Shown: in pieces, positions 37,394 to 46,580 of the stretch | Position numbering within the stretch: the first letter of the stretch is position 1 | Layout of the letters: each line of letters opens with the position of its first letter | Origin: an uncultured Gemmatimonadales bacterium | Lineage (GTDB): Bacteria > Gemmatimonadota > Gemmatimonadetes > Longimicrobiales > Longimicrobiaceae | Direction: 5' to 3' | Assembly (NCBI GenBank): GCA_963716255.1 | Contig: OY970303.1 | Location: 2,400,001-2,464,000 of the forward strand | Length of the DNA: 64,000 nucleotides | Notes under the pieces: generated by a model | The model's database searches: none | Told to the model about the DNA's origin: nothing | Seen by the model: only the letters and a program-made list of their open reading frames with translations | Position numbers and translations under genes: made by a program

Positions 37394-37607
37394 CGGTGCC
37401 GGAAGCACATGGGTGAACGGAGGGAAGCGACAGGCCGGGGTACTTCCACGGGGCGATGCCGAGACCGCTGCGGGCAATCCCCCTCCCGCGCATACCGCCC
37501 CCTTGGGGAAGGGATACGATGGCCAATGCGCGAGGTGGGCCACCGGATGTGCTCTACCGGATCATCCAATAACGTTCAAGCTCAACGATCTGTCATTACG
37601 CAACCGC

Positions 37608-37635
37608 ATAATATAGGACTTTAACTCGCAGTCAA
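37608..37635 (-). promoter_or_regulatory. Putative sigma70 promoter of the NRPS
   Basis: Minus strand TTGACT-N16-TATTAT in an AT-rich patch about 215 nt upstream of the ATG. Confidence 0.6.
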
Positions 37636-37840
37636 GCGCGATTTGTTCCTTATCGGAAACTGAGCCACAACGGCTGTCGAGCATCCCCGAGCGGCCCTGA
37701 AGCCCTGGCTACCACCTGGAACTGCCTGCCGGAGCCACAGGGGCGGACGCCAGGCTGGGCGAAAGCACGAAGCGCGATGGCCCCGGCACCGGTTTCCGGT
37801 GTCGAGGCCATCGTGCTGCAATTCCGCCGTGCCCTGCCGA

Positions 37841-38037
37841 CCACCACGCCTGGGCTGGGGTTATGACTTCAGGACCGAGCAGGTCTGCGTCGGCTGGATC
37901 CGCCGCTTCGTGCCCTTCCGCGGCAAGCGCCATCCCCGCGAGATGGGCGCGGAGGAGATCCGGGGCTTCCTATCGGACCTCGCCGTGCACCGCCGGGGCT
38001 CCGCTTCCACCGAGCGGCAGGCCTTCTCCGCCTTCGT
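37841..38037 (+). pseudogene. intI: Integron-integrase-like N-terminal (SAM-like) remnant
   Basis: PPRL..YDFRTEQVCVGWIRRFVPFRGKRHPREMGAEEIRGFLSDLAVHRRGSASTERQAFSA resembles the IntI N-terminus (YSxRTExxYxxWIRRF..HPxxMG..EV..FL..LA....SASTQNQALSA); no catalytic domain follows. Confidence 0.8.
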
Positions 38038-38054
38038 ACCTTGCTCTTTGAAAA

Positions 38055-38093
38055 GAAAAGGCCCCCACACCGGATCGGCGTCCGGGCCTTTTC
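38055..38093. terminator. Bidirectional terminator-like hairpin
   Basis: GAAAAGGCCC...GGGCCTTTTC inverted repeat with A/T tails. Confidence 0.55.
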
Positions 38094-38401
38094 AGCTCCC
38101 GGGTACAGGCCAACGGCCTACCTTCTATAGAGCGAGTTGAAGAACGGCTTCAGCGCAGGGCGCAGGCTCTCCACAGATCAAGAGATTGGCAGTCAGCGGG
38201 TTACCATCGCACCTGACGTCCTTTCCTACGGACCCGCGCTACACTCGGCGTGGCAAACAGGAATCTGCGACAACCCTCCAGCTGGCTTGGTCGGCAGGCG
38301 GACGTGCTCAGCCTTGCCAGAGATCCCATTAATTCCAATATTGGAACTACCGCACATGGAACTACCAGGGGTGGAACAAACTGTCTTACATGGAATCGTA
38401 G

Positions 38402-39814
38402 ATGAATAAGCCAGCGGAGATCCTGGACCGAGAGTCCGAGTGGGCAGAGCTCGCCCGCATTTGGAAACGCAGGGGGCCAGATCTCCTGTTCGTTCTTGGA
38501 CGCCGACGGGTGGGCAAGAGTTACCTGCTGGGGCGATTCGCGCGCGAGGTACAGGGAATCTACTACCAGGCCACCAAGCGGACGGAGAGCGAGCAGCTCC
38601 TCCGACTCTCTTCCATCGTGGGCACCCACTTCGGAGATCCCGCACTCCAGCGCGGAGTCCCCTTCCCCGACTGGGAATCACTCTTTGAGTACGTCACGGA
38701 CCGAGCCGCCAGCGAGCCGTTTCTCATCGTCCTGGACGAGTTCCCGTACCTCTCCGCCAGCGCTCCCGCTCTGCCCTCAATCCTCCAGGCGCTCTGGGAC
38801 CATCGCTGGCCCGACACCCGGATCAAGCTGGTCCTGAGCGGCTCGCACATCACGGCCATGCGCCAGCTCGAGGAAGCCGACCAGCCGCTCTACGGACGCC
38901 GCACAGGCCGTATCGATGTCGAGCCCTTCGACTACCTCAACGCCGCGAGGTTCCTCCCCGGCTACCCGGTGGAGGACCGCCTGCGTGCGTACGGAATCTT
39001 CGGGGGCATCCCCGGCCACCTGACCCTGATGGACCCGGAGGAGCCACTCGCCAAGAACGCGGCCGACCACATCCTCCAGCCCTCAGGGCGGCTGCTGGAC
39101 GAAGCGCAGCATATGCTGGACGCCTTCCTGGCGGATGCGCAGGTCCACTATTCCATCATCGAAGCCATTGCCAACGGCGAACGGACCTGGCAGGGGATCA
39201 CCAAGAGAGTGGGGCGGGACGGAGGCTCCCTGAGTCGCGCGGTGCAGTGGCTGATCGGGATGCGGCTCCTGGAGCGCGTGGTGCCGATCACGGAGTCGAA
39301 CCCCGCGAAGTCGAAGCGCGCCGTCTACCGGATCACGGATCCCTACGTGGCTTTCTGGCACCGCTTCGTCTCACCAATGATCAGCGCGGGGATGGTCGGC
39401 CTCGCATCCGGCGAGCGGCTGTGGGAGCATCAGATCGCGCCCCGGCTCGACGACTACATGGGTCCGGTCTTCGAGGGTGTGTGCCGGTCGTTCGTGAGGC
39501 GCACGGACCGGCTCCCGTTCGCTCCGCTCCGCGTCGGCGAGTGGTGGGACGCGGATTCGCGGAACGAGATCGACGTGGTCGCGATCGGGGGTGACGGGGA
39601 GCTTTTGCTCGGGGAATGCAAGTGGGGAACGGTTCGACTTAGCGATCTGAGGACGCTCCAGGCCCGGGCCGATCTCATCGCGCGGGAGCTGACCGGGGTG
39701 CGGACGGTGCACTTCGCGCTGTTCTCCAGGGGGGAGCTGCCACCGGAGCTGCGAGCGGAGGTGGACACGGGGCGGGTGCTCCACTTCTCCGCGGAGGACC
39801 TGTACACGCCATGA
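38402..39814 (+). CDS. AAA+ (archaeal-type) ATPase with wHTH and C-terminal DUF234/PD-(D/E)xK-like domain
   Basis: Walker A GRRRVGKS, Walker B IVLDEFPYL, YRITDPYVAFWHRFV, EIDVV...GECKW. Confidence 0.9.
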   Translation: MNKPAEILDRESEWAELARIWKRRGPDLLFVLGRRRVGKSYLLGRFAREVQGIYYQATKRTESEQLLRLSSIVGTHFGDPALQRGVPFPDWESLFEYVTDRAASEPFLIVLDEFPYLSASAPALPSILQALWDHRWPDTRIKLVLSGSHITAMRQLEEADQPLYGRRTGRIDVEPFDYLNAARFLPGYPVEDRLRAYGIFGGIPGHLTLMDPEEPLAKNAADHILQPSGRLLDEAQHMLDAFLADAQVHYSIIEAIANGERTWQGITKRVGRDGGSLSRAVQWLIGMRLLERVVPITESNPAKSKRAVYRITDPYVAFWHRFVSPMISAGMVGLASGERLWEHQIAPRLDDYMGPVFEGVCRSFVRRTDRLPFAPLRVGEWWDADSRNEIDVVAIGGDGELLLGECKWGTVRLSDLRTLQARADLIARELTGVRTVHFALFSRGELPPELRAEVDTGRVLHFSAEDLYTP

Positions 39815-39839
39815 GCGAAGCTCCGTGGTTGAACGCGGC

Positions 39840-40320
39840 GAACCCGCTTCGACCGGCCGCAGCGGGTCGGGACGTGCCAGGCCCATCCGATGCAGGCGGC
39901 GATGCCCAGCAAGGCGACCGCGGCGGTCCGTCCGGGAAGCCTCCCGCGGAGGAGCAGCACGACGAGCGCGCGCCGAACGCGGTGGCCTGCGCGACGTCCG
40001 ACTGAAGCGAGCATCACGAGCGCCGCCCCGCCGAGCAGGGGAACTAGCCAGCTGCCTGGATCCTTCCCGCGCCCCCGCACCCGCCCTCCCAGTGCGAGGA
40101 TGAGCACGGGCAGCACGATCGCACCAGCATGCAGGCGCACGGGTCTGGCACATCCGCAGCGAGGGGAGAGAGCGGGCGGTAGCCAGGATCGCGCAGACGC
40201 CGGTAAGCAGCAGGCCGACGGCCAGGTTCTGCGCCCAGAGCACCGGAGCCACGCCAGCTTGGTGCATGAGCAGGGCCCCAGCACCAGCGCCGGCAGGGGG
40301 CCAAGAGGCACAGCCCACGA
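39840..40320 (-). pseudogene. Frameshifted remnant of a polytopic membrane protein
   Basis: Hydrophobic segments split over frames: PLPALVLG / LLMHQAGVAPVLWAQNLAVGLLL / VRLHAGAIVLPVLILAL / ALVVLLL..AVALLGIAACIGWAW / DPLRPV. Confidence 0.5.
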
Positions 40321-40403
40321 CGTACCGGGGAGGACGCGGAAGCGATGCTGGCCGTGCGCACGATGTGGATGGGCGCTGAGAGAGGGATTGCGTGAGGATC
40401 CGC

Positions 40404-41129
40404 TTAGAATTCCCTGATCACTGGCAACGGATCTATCTCGTCCTGATGCGCCTCGTCCGGGCTGGAGGAGGCCAATATCCCAGCAAAGTAGGTGATCTCT
40501 GCAGCACGGTAGAGATGCTGTGCGTCAGGATCACTCCTATAGCGATGAAGATAGTTCTCCTGTATGCGACTCAGTTGCTCAAACAGCACTTCATAGCCCT
40601 CAATGAATCCGCTCTGTTCCGGAAACAGAACATGAAGTACGAATGCTGCTTCAGCTGCGGTCTCCCAAGCAAATGAATGGCCGTATGCAAGACCTTCTTT
40701 AATGTGTTCCCTGACAAATGATTCCAGCTTTGGCCTCCAGCAGTGCGGGATCGGAACAATCTCATTCGAAAGCATTCGAATCATTGAAGCTGTGAATGGG
40801 TCCTCAGGATATACCCAAGGAAACTGGCCTCGAATCACCTCAAGCTCCGAATACCGCTCCTTCAGCTTGCGAAGTAGATCAGCTTGAGGGGCCCCAGAAT
40901 CCGAGTCCGAAAACAGGGTCAGCAGCATGTGGAATGCAACAGCAGAACGCCAAACAACTCGGTTATGACTCTGCTGCGCCAAGACCGCCACGACAGATTC
41001 TTTCTCGTTTAACAATCTCGCCCTCATCTCTTGGATGGCTCTCGGAACGCACAAGCACGAGTGAGGGTCCTCAATTTGGAGGGTCCTGATATCGATGTTC
41101 CCTTGGACACTGAGCGCTTTGAGTGGCAT
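40404..41129 (-). CDS. Hypothetical protein, low GC (start uncertain)
   Basis: 241-codon ORF in DNA that is visibly far more AT-rich than its flanks; no family recognised. Confidence 0.6.
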   Translation of the reverse strand: MPLKALSVQGNIDIRTLQIEDPHSCLCVPRAIQEMRARLLNEKESVVAVLAQQSHNRVVWRSAVAFHMLLTLFSDSDSGAPQADLLRKLKERYSELEVIRGQFPWVYPEDPFTASMIRMLSNEIVPIPHCWRPKLESFVREHIKEGLAYGHSFAWETAAEAAFVLHVLFPEQSGFIEGYEVLFEQLSRIQENYLHRYRSDPDAQHLYRAAEITYFAGILASSSPDEAHQDEIDPLPVIREF

Positions 41130-41387
41130 TGCTTACGCAACCTAATGCTAAGCTTAGATGGCTCACAGTCGGTGCGGGACGTGGACCGCCAACCTGCCTT
41201 TTGCGAAAGAGTTACGCTGTCGCAAGCTAGACATTGCGGGTCCTGCCGCAATCTGTGTCCCGCCACCCTCGCCCGCAAGCTGGATGACTCCACCCAAGTC
41301 GCTGGACCCGCCTTTTGAATAGCAATGGCCCCGACGCCGAATCCGGCGCCTGGGCCTTCGCTCAGCTCGCAGATACGGACTCACGGG

Positions 41388-43937
41388 CTACCGCCGATAG
41401 AGCGAGTTAAGGAACGGCTTGAACGTCTCGTGCGCCTGGGCCCGGTACTGGGGCCGGAACCCGAACATCACCACCCGCCCCCGCCCCACCTGCGCCTCCA
41501 CCACCGCCGCCTTGCCGGCGATCCGCTCCTCGCCCTGCGCGTACCCGCTCAGGAGTATCCCCCGCTCCGGGTAGCGCGCCACCACCGTGACCCCGCGCGC
41601 CCCCGGAAGCACCTCCAGCACCGGGCTGCGCGCGTAGTTGATGGCCGACTCCTCCGGCATCCCCCACGCCACCGGGTGCGACGTGTCCCAGCGCACCCGC
41701 AGCAGCGACCCCGGCGCGTACCAGCGCTTCACGTCGGCGGTGTCCTGCGCGGCGTTGACGTCGCGCACCTGTACGCCCAGCTCGCGGATCCCGAAGGCCA
41801 CCGCCTCGTCCAGCAGCACCAGCGTCCCCCCCTCCTCCACGAAGCGCTTCAGCGCCGCCGATCCCTCCTCGCCCAGCCCGCCCGCGAAGTCCGGGTGCGC
41901 CCGCCGCGGCCCCTGCATCAGCTCGCGGTACGACTCCGAGGGGATCACGATGGCGTCGTAGCGGGCATTCAGGCCCCCGGCGCGCACCTGCGCGTTGTGC
42001 AGGGTGTCGAAAGGCACCCCCCAGCGCTCGAACACCCAGCGCGTCCAGCCCTCGTCCATGTTGGCGGTCCACGGCTTGTACAGCCCCACCCGGAGCCGCT
42101 CCAGCCGTGTCCCGGCGGCCGGCTCGCCCACACCGACGGCGTCCACGCCCCACTCGCCGCTCCAGCGCGCCACCCGCCCCGGGAGCCCCGCCACCCCGGA
42201 GACCACGGGCGTCCCCGCCGGCCACCTCGCGCCGCCGCCCACCGCCAGGGGCTCGCGGAGGAAGGAGACCCGGCCGCCGTCGCGCAGCGCCTCGTGCACG
42301 GCGCGGTGGGTGGCGTTCATGCGGGGATCCAGCGCGTACGCCGGGCCGGCGGCGGTGACGACCCCGGGGCGCACGCGGATGGAGTCGGCCTTCGCCAGCG
42401 CCTCGGTCGCGAAGGGCTGCGCCACCTCGCGCACCTCCACGCCCATCTGCATCCCCAGGCTCCAGCCGGCCACGTCGTAGGGGACGTCGGGCGGGCCGCC
42501 GGGATAGCGGCGGCGGTCCGGATAGCGCTGCGGCTCCAGCAGGTCCACGACGTGCGCGCGGAAGGGCTGCGCCATCAGGACCACGCGCGTCCCCGCCGGG
42601 TAGGTCTCGCCGCCCGCCGTGAAGGGGACGCGCGCCTCGTGCACCTCCACCCCGCCCTTGCGCAGGGTGCGCAGCAGCTCGGCGGCGGAGCCGGGATCGC
42701 GCTGCTCGGCCGGGAACACGTAGGCGAAGGGACCGCCCCGGCGCCCGGCACGCACCTGCTTCTGGGCCAGCGCGGCCATGTTGCCCACGAAGTCCTCGCG
42801 CTGCCGGCTCACCAGCTTCACAAGCGACTTGGCGGCGATCAGCTCGTATTCCACGATGTCGCGCGGGCGCCACTCTCCGCCCGGCCACGCTTCCGGGAAC
42901 ATGGAGCCCGCCTGCGGCTGCCGCAGCGAGTCCGGCCTCTGGACGACGGGGTCGCCGTAGTTGGCGCTGGCGGCCTCGGACAGGATCCCCACCATGTTGT
43001 GCCGGGCGGGGACGGTGCGGCCGCCGCCGTGCCACCACAGGTCGAAGGTCTCCTGGTGCGACACCCCGGTCTTGCCTGCGGCGGTGAGGTCCAGCGCCAT
43101 CTGCGTTCCCACCACGTTGGTCATGCGGACGATGAGCGGGTCCACGTTGGGGTTGAGCGGGTCGTCGAAGGGCGGGATGAAGAGGCGGGCCCCGCGGTTC
43201 CCCATCTGGTGCACGTCGTAGACGACCTCCGGGAACCAGCGCTCGTACAGCACCCGCGTCACCGCCTCCGTTTCCGGCTGGGTGATCATGAAGAAGTCGC
43301 GGTTGTTGTCGTGCCCCACGTAGTGGTGGTACATCCACGGCATGGGCGCGCCGGACGCCGGGGTCTCGCGGGTGCGAAGCCACCAGTCGCGGGTGATGTC
43401 CAGCCCGTCCGGGTTCATCCCCGGCACCAGCAGCACCACCACGCCCTCCAGCGCCCGGCCCAGCTCCGCGTCGGTGGCCAGGTCGTGCGCCAGCTCCATG
43501 GACATCTGCGTGGCCATGATCTCGTTGCCGTGCAGCGAGGCGCCGATGAACACCACCCCGGGCTGCGCGCGCACCAGCCGGTCGAGCTCGGGCTGCGACA
43601 GGCCGCGCGGGTCGGCGATGCGCGCCTGGGCGCGGCGGATCTGCTCCAGGCGCGCCATGTTGGCGGGGGAGGTGATGGTCGCCAGGATCATGGGGCGCCC
43701 CTCCACCGTCCTCCCGATGGTGTCCACCCGCACCCGCCCCGAGGCGCGGTCCAGCCGCCCGAAGTAGTCCACGATCTGCCTCCACTCGGCCAGCCGCCCC
43801 GACTCGCCGGGGCGGAAGCCGAGGACGCTCTGCGGGGACGGCGCCGCGGCGGCGCGCTGCTGCGCTGCGAGCGGGGACGGGGCCGCCGCGCAGGCCAGCG
43901 CCAGCGCGAGGAGGGGGGGCCGGAAGCGTGCGAGCAT
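41388..43937 (-). CDS. Secreted M14-family zinc carboxypeptidase-like protein with C-terminal GATase-like domain
   Basis: Signal peptide MLARFRPPLLALALA; LHGNE, NPDG, HDNNRD, DVHQMG; DEGWTRW; GFRPQYR. Confidence 0.88.
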   Translation of the reverse strand: MLARFRPPLLALALACAAAPSPLAAQQRAAAAPSPQSVLGFRPGESGRLAEWRQIVDYFGRLDRASGRVRVDTIGRTVEGRPMILATITSPANMARLEQIRRAQARIADPRGLSQPELDRLVRAQPGVVFIGASLHGNEIMATQMSMELAHDLATDAELGRALEGVVVLLVPGMNPDGLDITRDWWLRTRETPASGAPMPWMYHHYVGHDNNRDFFMITQPETEAVTRVLYERWFPEVVYDVHQMGNRGARLFIPPFDDPLNPNVDPLIVRMTNVVGTQMALDLTAAGKTGVSHQETFDLWWHGGGRTVPARHNMVGILSEAASANYGDPVVQRPDSLRQPQAGSMFPEAWPGGEWRPRDIVEYELIAAKSLVKLVSRQREDFVGNMAALAQKQVRAGRRGGPFAYVFPAEQRDPGSAAELLRTLRKGGVEVHEARVPFTAGGETYPAGTRVVLMAQPFRAHVVDLLEPQRYPDRRRYPGGPPDVPYDVAGWSLGMQMGVEVREVAQPFATEALAKADSIRVRPGVVTAAGPAYALDPRMNATHRAVHEALRDGGRVSFLREPLAVGGGARWPAGTPVVSGVAGLPGRVARWSGEWGVDAVGVGEPAAGTRLERLRVGLYKPWTANMDEGWTRWVFERWGVPFDTLHNAQVRAGGLNARYDAIVIPSESYRELMQGPRRAHPDFAGGLGEEGSAALKRFVEEGGTLVLLDEAVAFGIRELGVQVRDVNAAQDTADVKRWYAPGSLLRVRWDTSHPVAWGMPEESAINYARSPVLEVLPGARGVTVVARYPERGILLSGYAQGEERIAGKAAVVEAQVGRGRVVMFGFRPQYRAQAHETFKPFLNSLYRR

Positions 43938-44013
43938 GGGATCGTCGCGCTGCGGGAGACGTGCGTTTGTGGGTGCGGACAGAATACGCGCGCGCCCCGC
44001 GGCGCACCAGACA

Positions 44014-44048
44014 GAAGAACAGGGAACAGGGAACAGGCAGGGAACAGC
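44014..44048. repeat. Short tandem repeat (GGGAACA)n
   Basis: gaagaacagggaacagggaacaggcagggaacag. Confidence 0.6.
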
Positions 44049-44060
44049 CTGCAACGGCGG

Positions 44061-44195
44061 CCCTCACCCGGCTCGCTTGAGGCTCGCCACCCTCTCCCAG
44101 TTCTGGGAGAGGGGGCAACGGCAGGATTTCGTGCAGTCGTCCCCTCCCTCGCTTGCGGGGGAGGGGTGGCGCGCAGCGCCGGGGTGGGGGGGGCC
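44061..44195. repeat. REP-like palindromic pair (CCCTCACCC...CCCTCTCCC...GGGAGAGGG family)
   Basis: Inverted copy at 50924-50978; related units at 58982-59030 and 55319-55329. Confidence 0.75.
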
Positions 44196-44217
44196 TGCGG
44201 ACGCCAGCGCGAGCCCC

Positions 44218-44346
44218 GCGTGAGGGATTTCGGCCCGAAGGGGCGAGACCGCGCGGCTGTTTGCGCGGGCTCGACTCCGTTACGCAGCGTTGTTTGCTGC
44301 GTTACGGAGCCGAAGCCCGACCCCGGCGCCCGCCGGGGGCACGCCC
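44218..44346 (-). ncRNA. Structured repeat/ncRNA candidate, full copy 1 (Flavo-1-like termini)
   Basis: GGGCGTG...GGTCGGGCT...ATCCCTCACGC with covarying internal stems relative to the copies at 55156 and 58821. Confidence 0.6.
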
Positions 44347-44366
44347 ATACCCGCCGTAAAGAGTCG

Positions 44367-45143
44367 TCAGATGGGCAGCCGGACCCGGATCAGCGACGGA
44401 TCGGCGTTGGGATCGTAGCGGTCGTGCCAGCGGTCGTGCTCCGCCGAGCACTCCCGGCTCACCTGCAGCTGGTACGCCGCGTCGAAGGGCCGGTCGTCGG
44501 CACGGTCGCGGCACAGGGCGTCCTGGTGCCGGTGGAAGGCGTCGTGCGCCTCGGAGTACGAGCCGTAGCGCGTGTCGCTGTCGCGCCAGGCCCCGCCGTC
44601 GTCGCGGTATACGCCGATGCGGTAGTCGTAGCGATTCCGGCTCCAACCGCAGTTGGCGACGGTGTTGTGCGGGTTCCCCACGCCGTTGCACCACCCCGGG
44701 GGCACGTCGCGGTGCCGGCGGGTGCTCAGGCGGTAGCGCTCATCGCCCCAGCTCCAGGTGCGGTCGGCGCTCCGGCCGTAGGTGCGGTCCCAGCGCACCG
44801 CGGGAGCCGCAGTCTTCCGCGTGGAGGAACGCGCGGTGGTCGTCCGCGTCCTGGTGGTGGAGGAGCGCGCGGTGGCCGCCCGGGCCTGTCCGTTTCCGGT
44901 GGTGCGGACGGTGGTCCCGGAGCGGGCGGCGCGCGAGGACGAGCCGGAGCCCGCCGTCGCCGGGCGCGCCCTGGAGCCCTGGTCCCGCGCCTGCCCCCCT
45001 CCGCCGCCGCGGGCCTGCCCGGAATGCTCCTTCCCCTTGTTGCCGTTTCCGTTCCCCTTGCCCTGGGCGTCCAGCGGACCGGCCGAGAGCGCCGCCAGGA
45101 GCACCGCCGTGGCGGCGAGCGTCGTGAGTCGCGTTCCCTTCAT
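44367..45143 (-). CDS. Secreted hypothetical protein (low-complexity linker, PPGWC motif, His/Cys-containing C-terminus)
   Basis: AGGAGG RBS, signal peptide MKGTRLTTLAATAVLLAAL, QGKGNGNG, DVPPGWCNGVGNPHNTVANCG. Confidence 0.8.
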   Translation of the reverse strand: MKGTRLTTLAATAVLLAALSAGPLDAQGKGNGNGNKGKEHSGQARGGGGGQARDQGSRARPATAGSGSSSRAARSGTTVRTTGNGQARAATARSSTTRTRTTTARSSTRKTAAPAVRWDRTYGRSADRTWSWGDERYRLSTRRHRDVPPGWCNGVGNPHNTVANCGWSRNRYDYRIGVYRDDGGAWRDSDTRYGSYSEAHDAFHRHQDALCRDRADDRPFDAAYQLQVSRECSAEHDRWHDRYDPNADPSLIRVRLPI

Positions 45144-45299
45144 GTGGAGCCTCCTTGCCTGGTGTCGGAATCCGGCCGGGAGGGGCAAGGGCGGTGCCAG
45201 GGTGTTTCCCCGCAGGGAGTTGCGCGGGGAGCGGGAGGTGACCCCGGTGGAGGACGGCGGATCGTCCGCCTTGTCATCCCCGCGGGACGCGGCTACCTT

Positions 45300-45495
45300 G
45301 CGTGCTTCATATGCGAAGGGGGCCTTTCGGAAGCCGGTGTGAATCCGGCGCGGCCCCGCCACTGTAAGAGGCCCGGCGCACCGTGCGCCGGTCCGGCCCG
45401 CTCAGCGGAGGACCCGTCCTCCGTCCAAGCCACTGGGAGCCCGCGAGGCGCCCGGGAAGGCGAGCGAAGCTGCCTCGAGCCAGGAGACCGGCCCC
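45300..45495 (+). promoter_or_regulatory. Cobalamin riboswitch
   Basis: GGAAGCCGGTGTGAATCCGGCGCGGCCCCGCCACTGT, GCCACTGGG...GGGAAGG, B12-box AGCCAGGAGACCGGCC; upstream of btu genes. Confidence 0.93.
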
Positions 45496-45587
45496 CTCGC
45501 TCCCGCATGCAGCCCCCTCGCGGGAGGGGAGCGGGGTCCGTTCCGGAGCCGTCCGTGTCCCCCGTGGGCCCGCGCGCCCGTTTCGCA

Positions 45588-45628
45588 CCCGTTCCCTCCC
45601 CGAACCCATGGGAAGGACGGGTTTTTTT
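45588..45628 (+). terminator. Riboswitch expression-platform hairpin (terminator and/or RBS sequestrator)
   Basis: CCCGTTCCCTCCC-loop-GGGAAGGACGGG followed by T7; the 3' arm contains the GGAAGGA RBS of btuF. Confidence 0.7.
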
Positions 45629-46580
45629 GTCGCTCGCGAACCGGCGCCGCCGCGCCCGGGGAGGCCTCCTCCCCCTGCTGGCCCTCCTGCTTCTCCTCCC
45701 CGCCTGCGGCGGCGGGGACGCCCCCGCGCGCGCCGCAGCCCCTCCCGCGGACAGCGCCGTCACCGTGGTGGACGACGCCGGGCGCACCGTCCGGCTCCCC
45801 CGCCCCGCCCGCCGCGTGGTCTCCCTGATCCCCAGCGCCACGGAGGTGCTGCTGGCGCTGGGCGCCGGCGACCGCCTGGTGGGGCGCACCGACTTCGACC
45901 ACGGCCCGGGGGTGGACTCGCTCCCGTCGGTGGGCGGCGGGATGACGCCCTCCATCGAGGCCGTTGCGGCGCTGCGGCCGGACCTGGTCCTGGGGTGGGA
46001 GACCAAGGGGGACCAGGCCACGCGGCGGCGGCTGGAGGAGCTGGGGATCCCCGTGTTCGCGGTGGAGGTGGACGACACCGTGGGCGTGTTCCGCACCGTC
46101 GCCAGCCTGGGGCGGCTGACGGGGCGCGCTGCCGCCGCGGACTCGCTGGCCGCCGGGCTGCGGCGCGAGCTGGAGGAGGTGCGGGCCTCGGTGGCCGGCA
46201 GGCCCGCGCCCACGGTGTTCTTTTTGGTGTGGAACGACCCGCCCATGACCGCCGGCGCGGAAACCTTCATCTCCCAGGTGCTGGGGGTGGCGGGGGGGCG
46301 CAACGTCTTCGCCGACGTGGCGGGGGAGTGGCCCAACGTGGCGCTGGAGGAGATCGTCCGCCGACAGCCGGACTTCGTGGTGCTCCCGCTGGGGGAGAAG
46401 GGCGGCGCCCACGACGTGGACCGCCTGCGCCGCTCCCCCGGGTGGCGCGAGCTGCGCGCCATGCGCGAGGGGCGCGTCGTCACCATCGACTCCGAGCTGA
46501 TGAACCGCCCCGGCCCCCGGCTGGGCGAGGCCGCGCGGATGCTCCGCGACCGGCTGCACCCGGACGCCGCCCCGCGATGA
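45627..46580 (+). CDS. btuF: Cobalamin ABC transporter substrate-binding lipoprotein
   Basis: TTG start (inferred), lipobox LPAC, VDDAGRTV..P.RVVSLIPSATE, RPGPRL. Confidence 0.88.
   Translation: MSLANRRRRARGGLLPLLALLLLLPACGGGDAPARAAAPPADSAVTVVDDAGRTVRLPRPARRVVSLIPSATEVLLALGAGDRLVGRTDFDHGPGVDSLPSVGGGMTPSIEAVAALRPDLVLGWETKGDQATRRRLEELGIPVFAVEVDDTVGVFRTVASLGRLTGRAAAADSLAAGLRRELEEVRASVAGRPAPTVFFLVWNDPPMTAGAETFISQVLGVAGGRNVFADVAGEWPNVALEEIVRRQPDFVVLPLGEKGGAHDVDRLRRSPGWRELRAMREGRVVTIDSELMNRPGPRLGEAARMLRDRLHPDAAPR

Noticed and set aside
23567..37624. 4685-aa plus-strand ORF and other long plus-strand ORFs across 95-37624
   Set aside because: Antisense shadows of the high-GC NRPS; no recognisable domains, and all motifs are on the minus strand
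38100..41380. attC sites or a cassette array near the intI remnant
   Set aside because: No convincing RYYYAAC...GTTRRRY imperfect palindromes seen by eye; IntegronFinder would settle it
41325..46580. 1751-aa ORF that appears to fuse upstream sequence to BtuF
   Set aside because: Its N-terminal part is antisense to the M14 peptidase and crosses the riboswitch; only the part from about 45627 is credible
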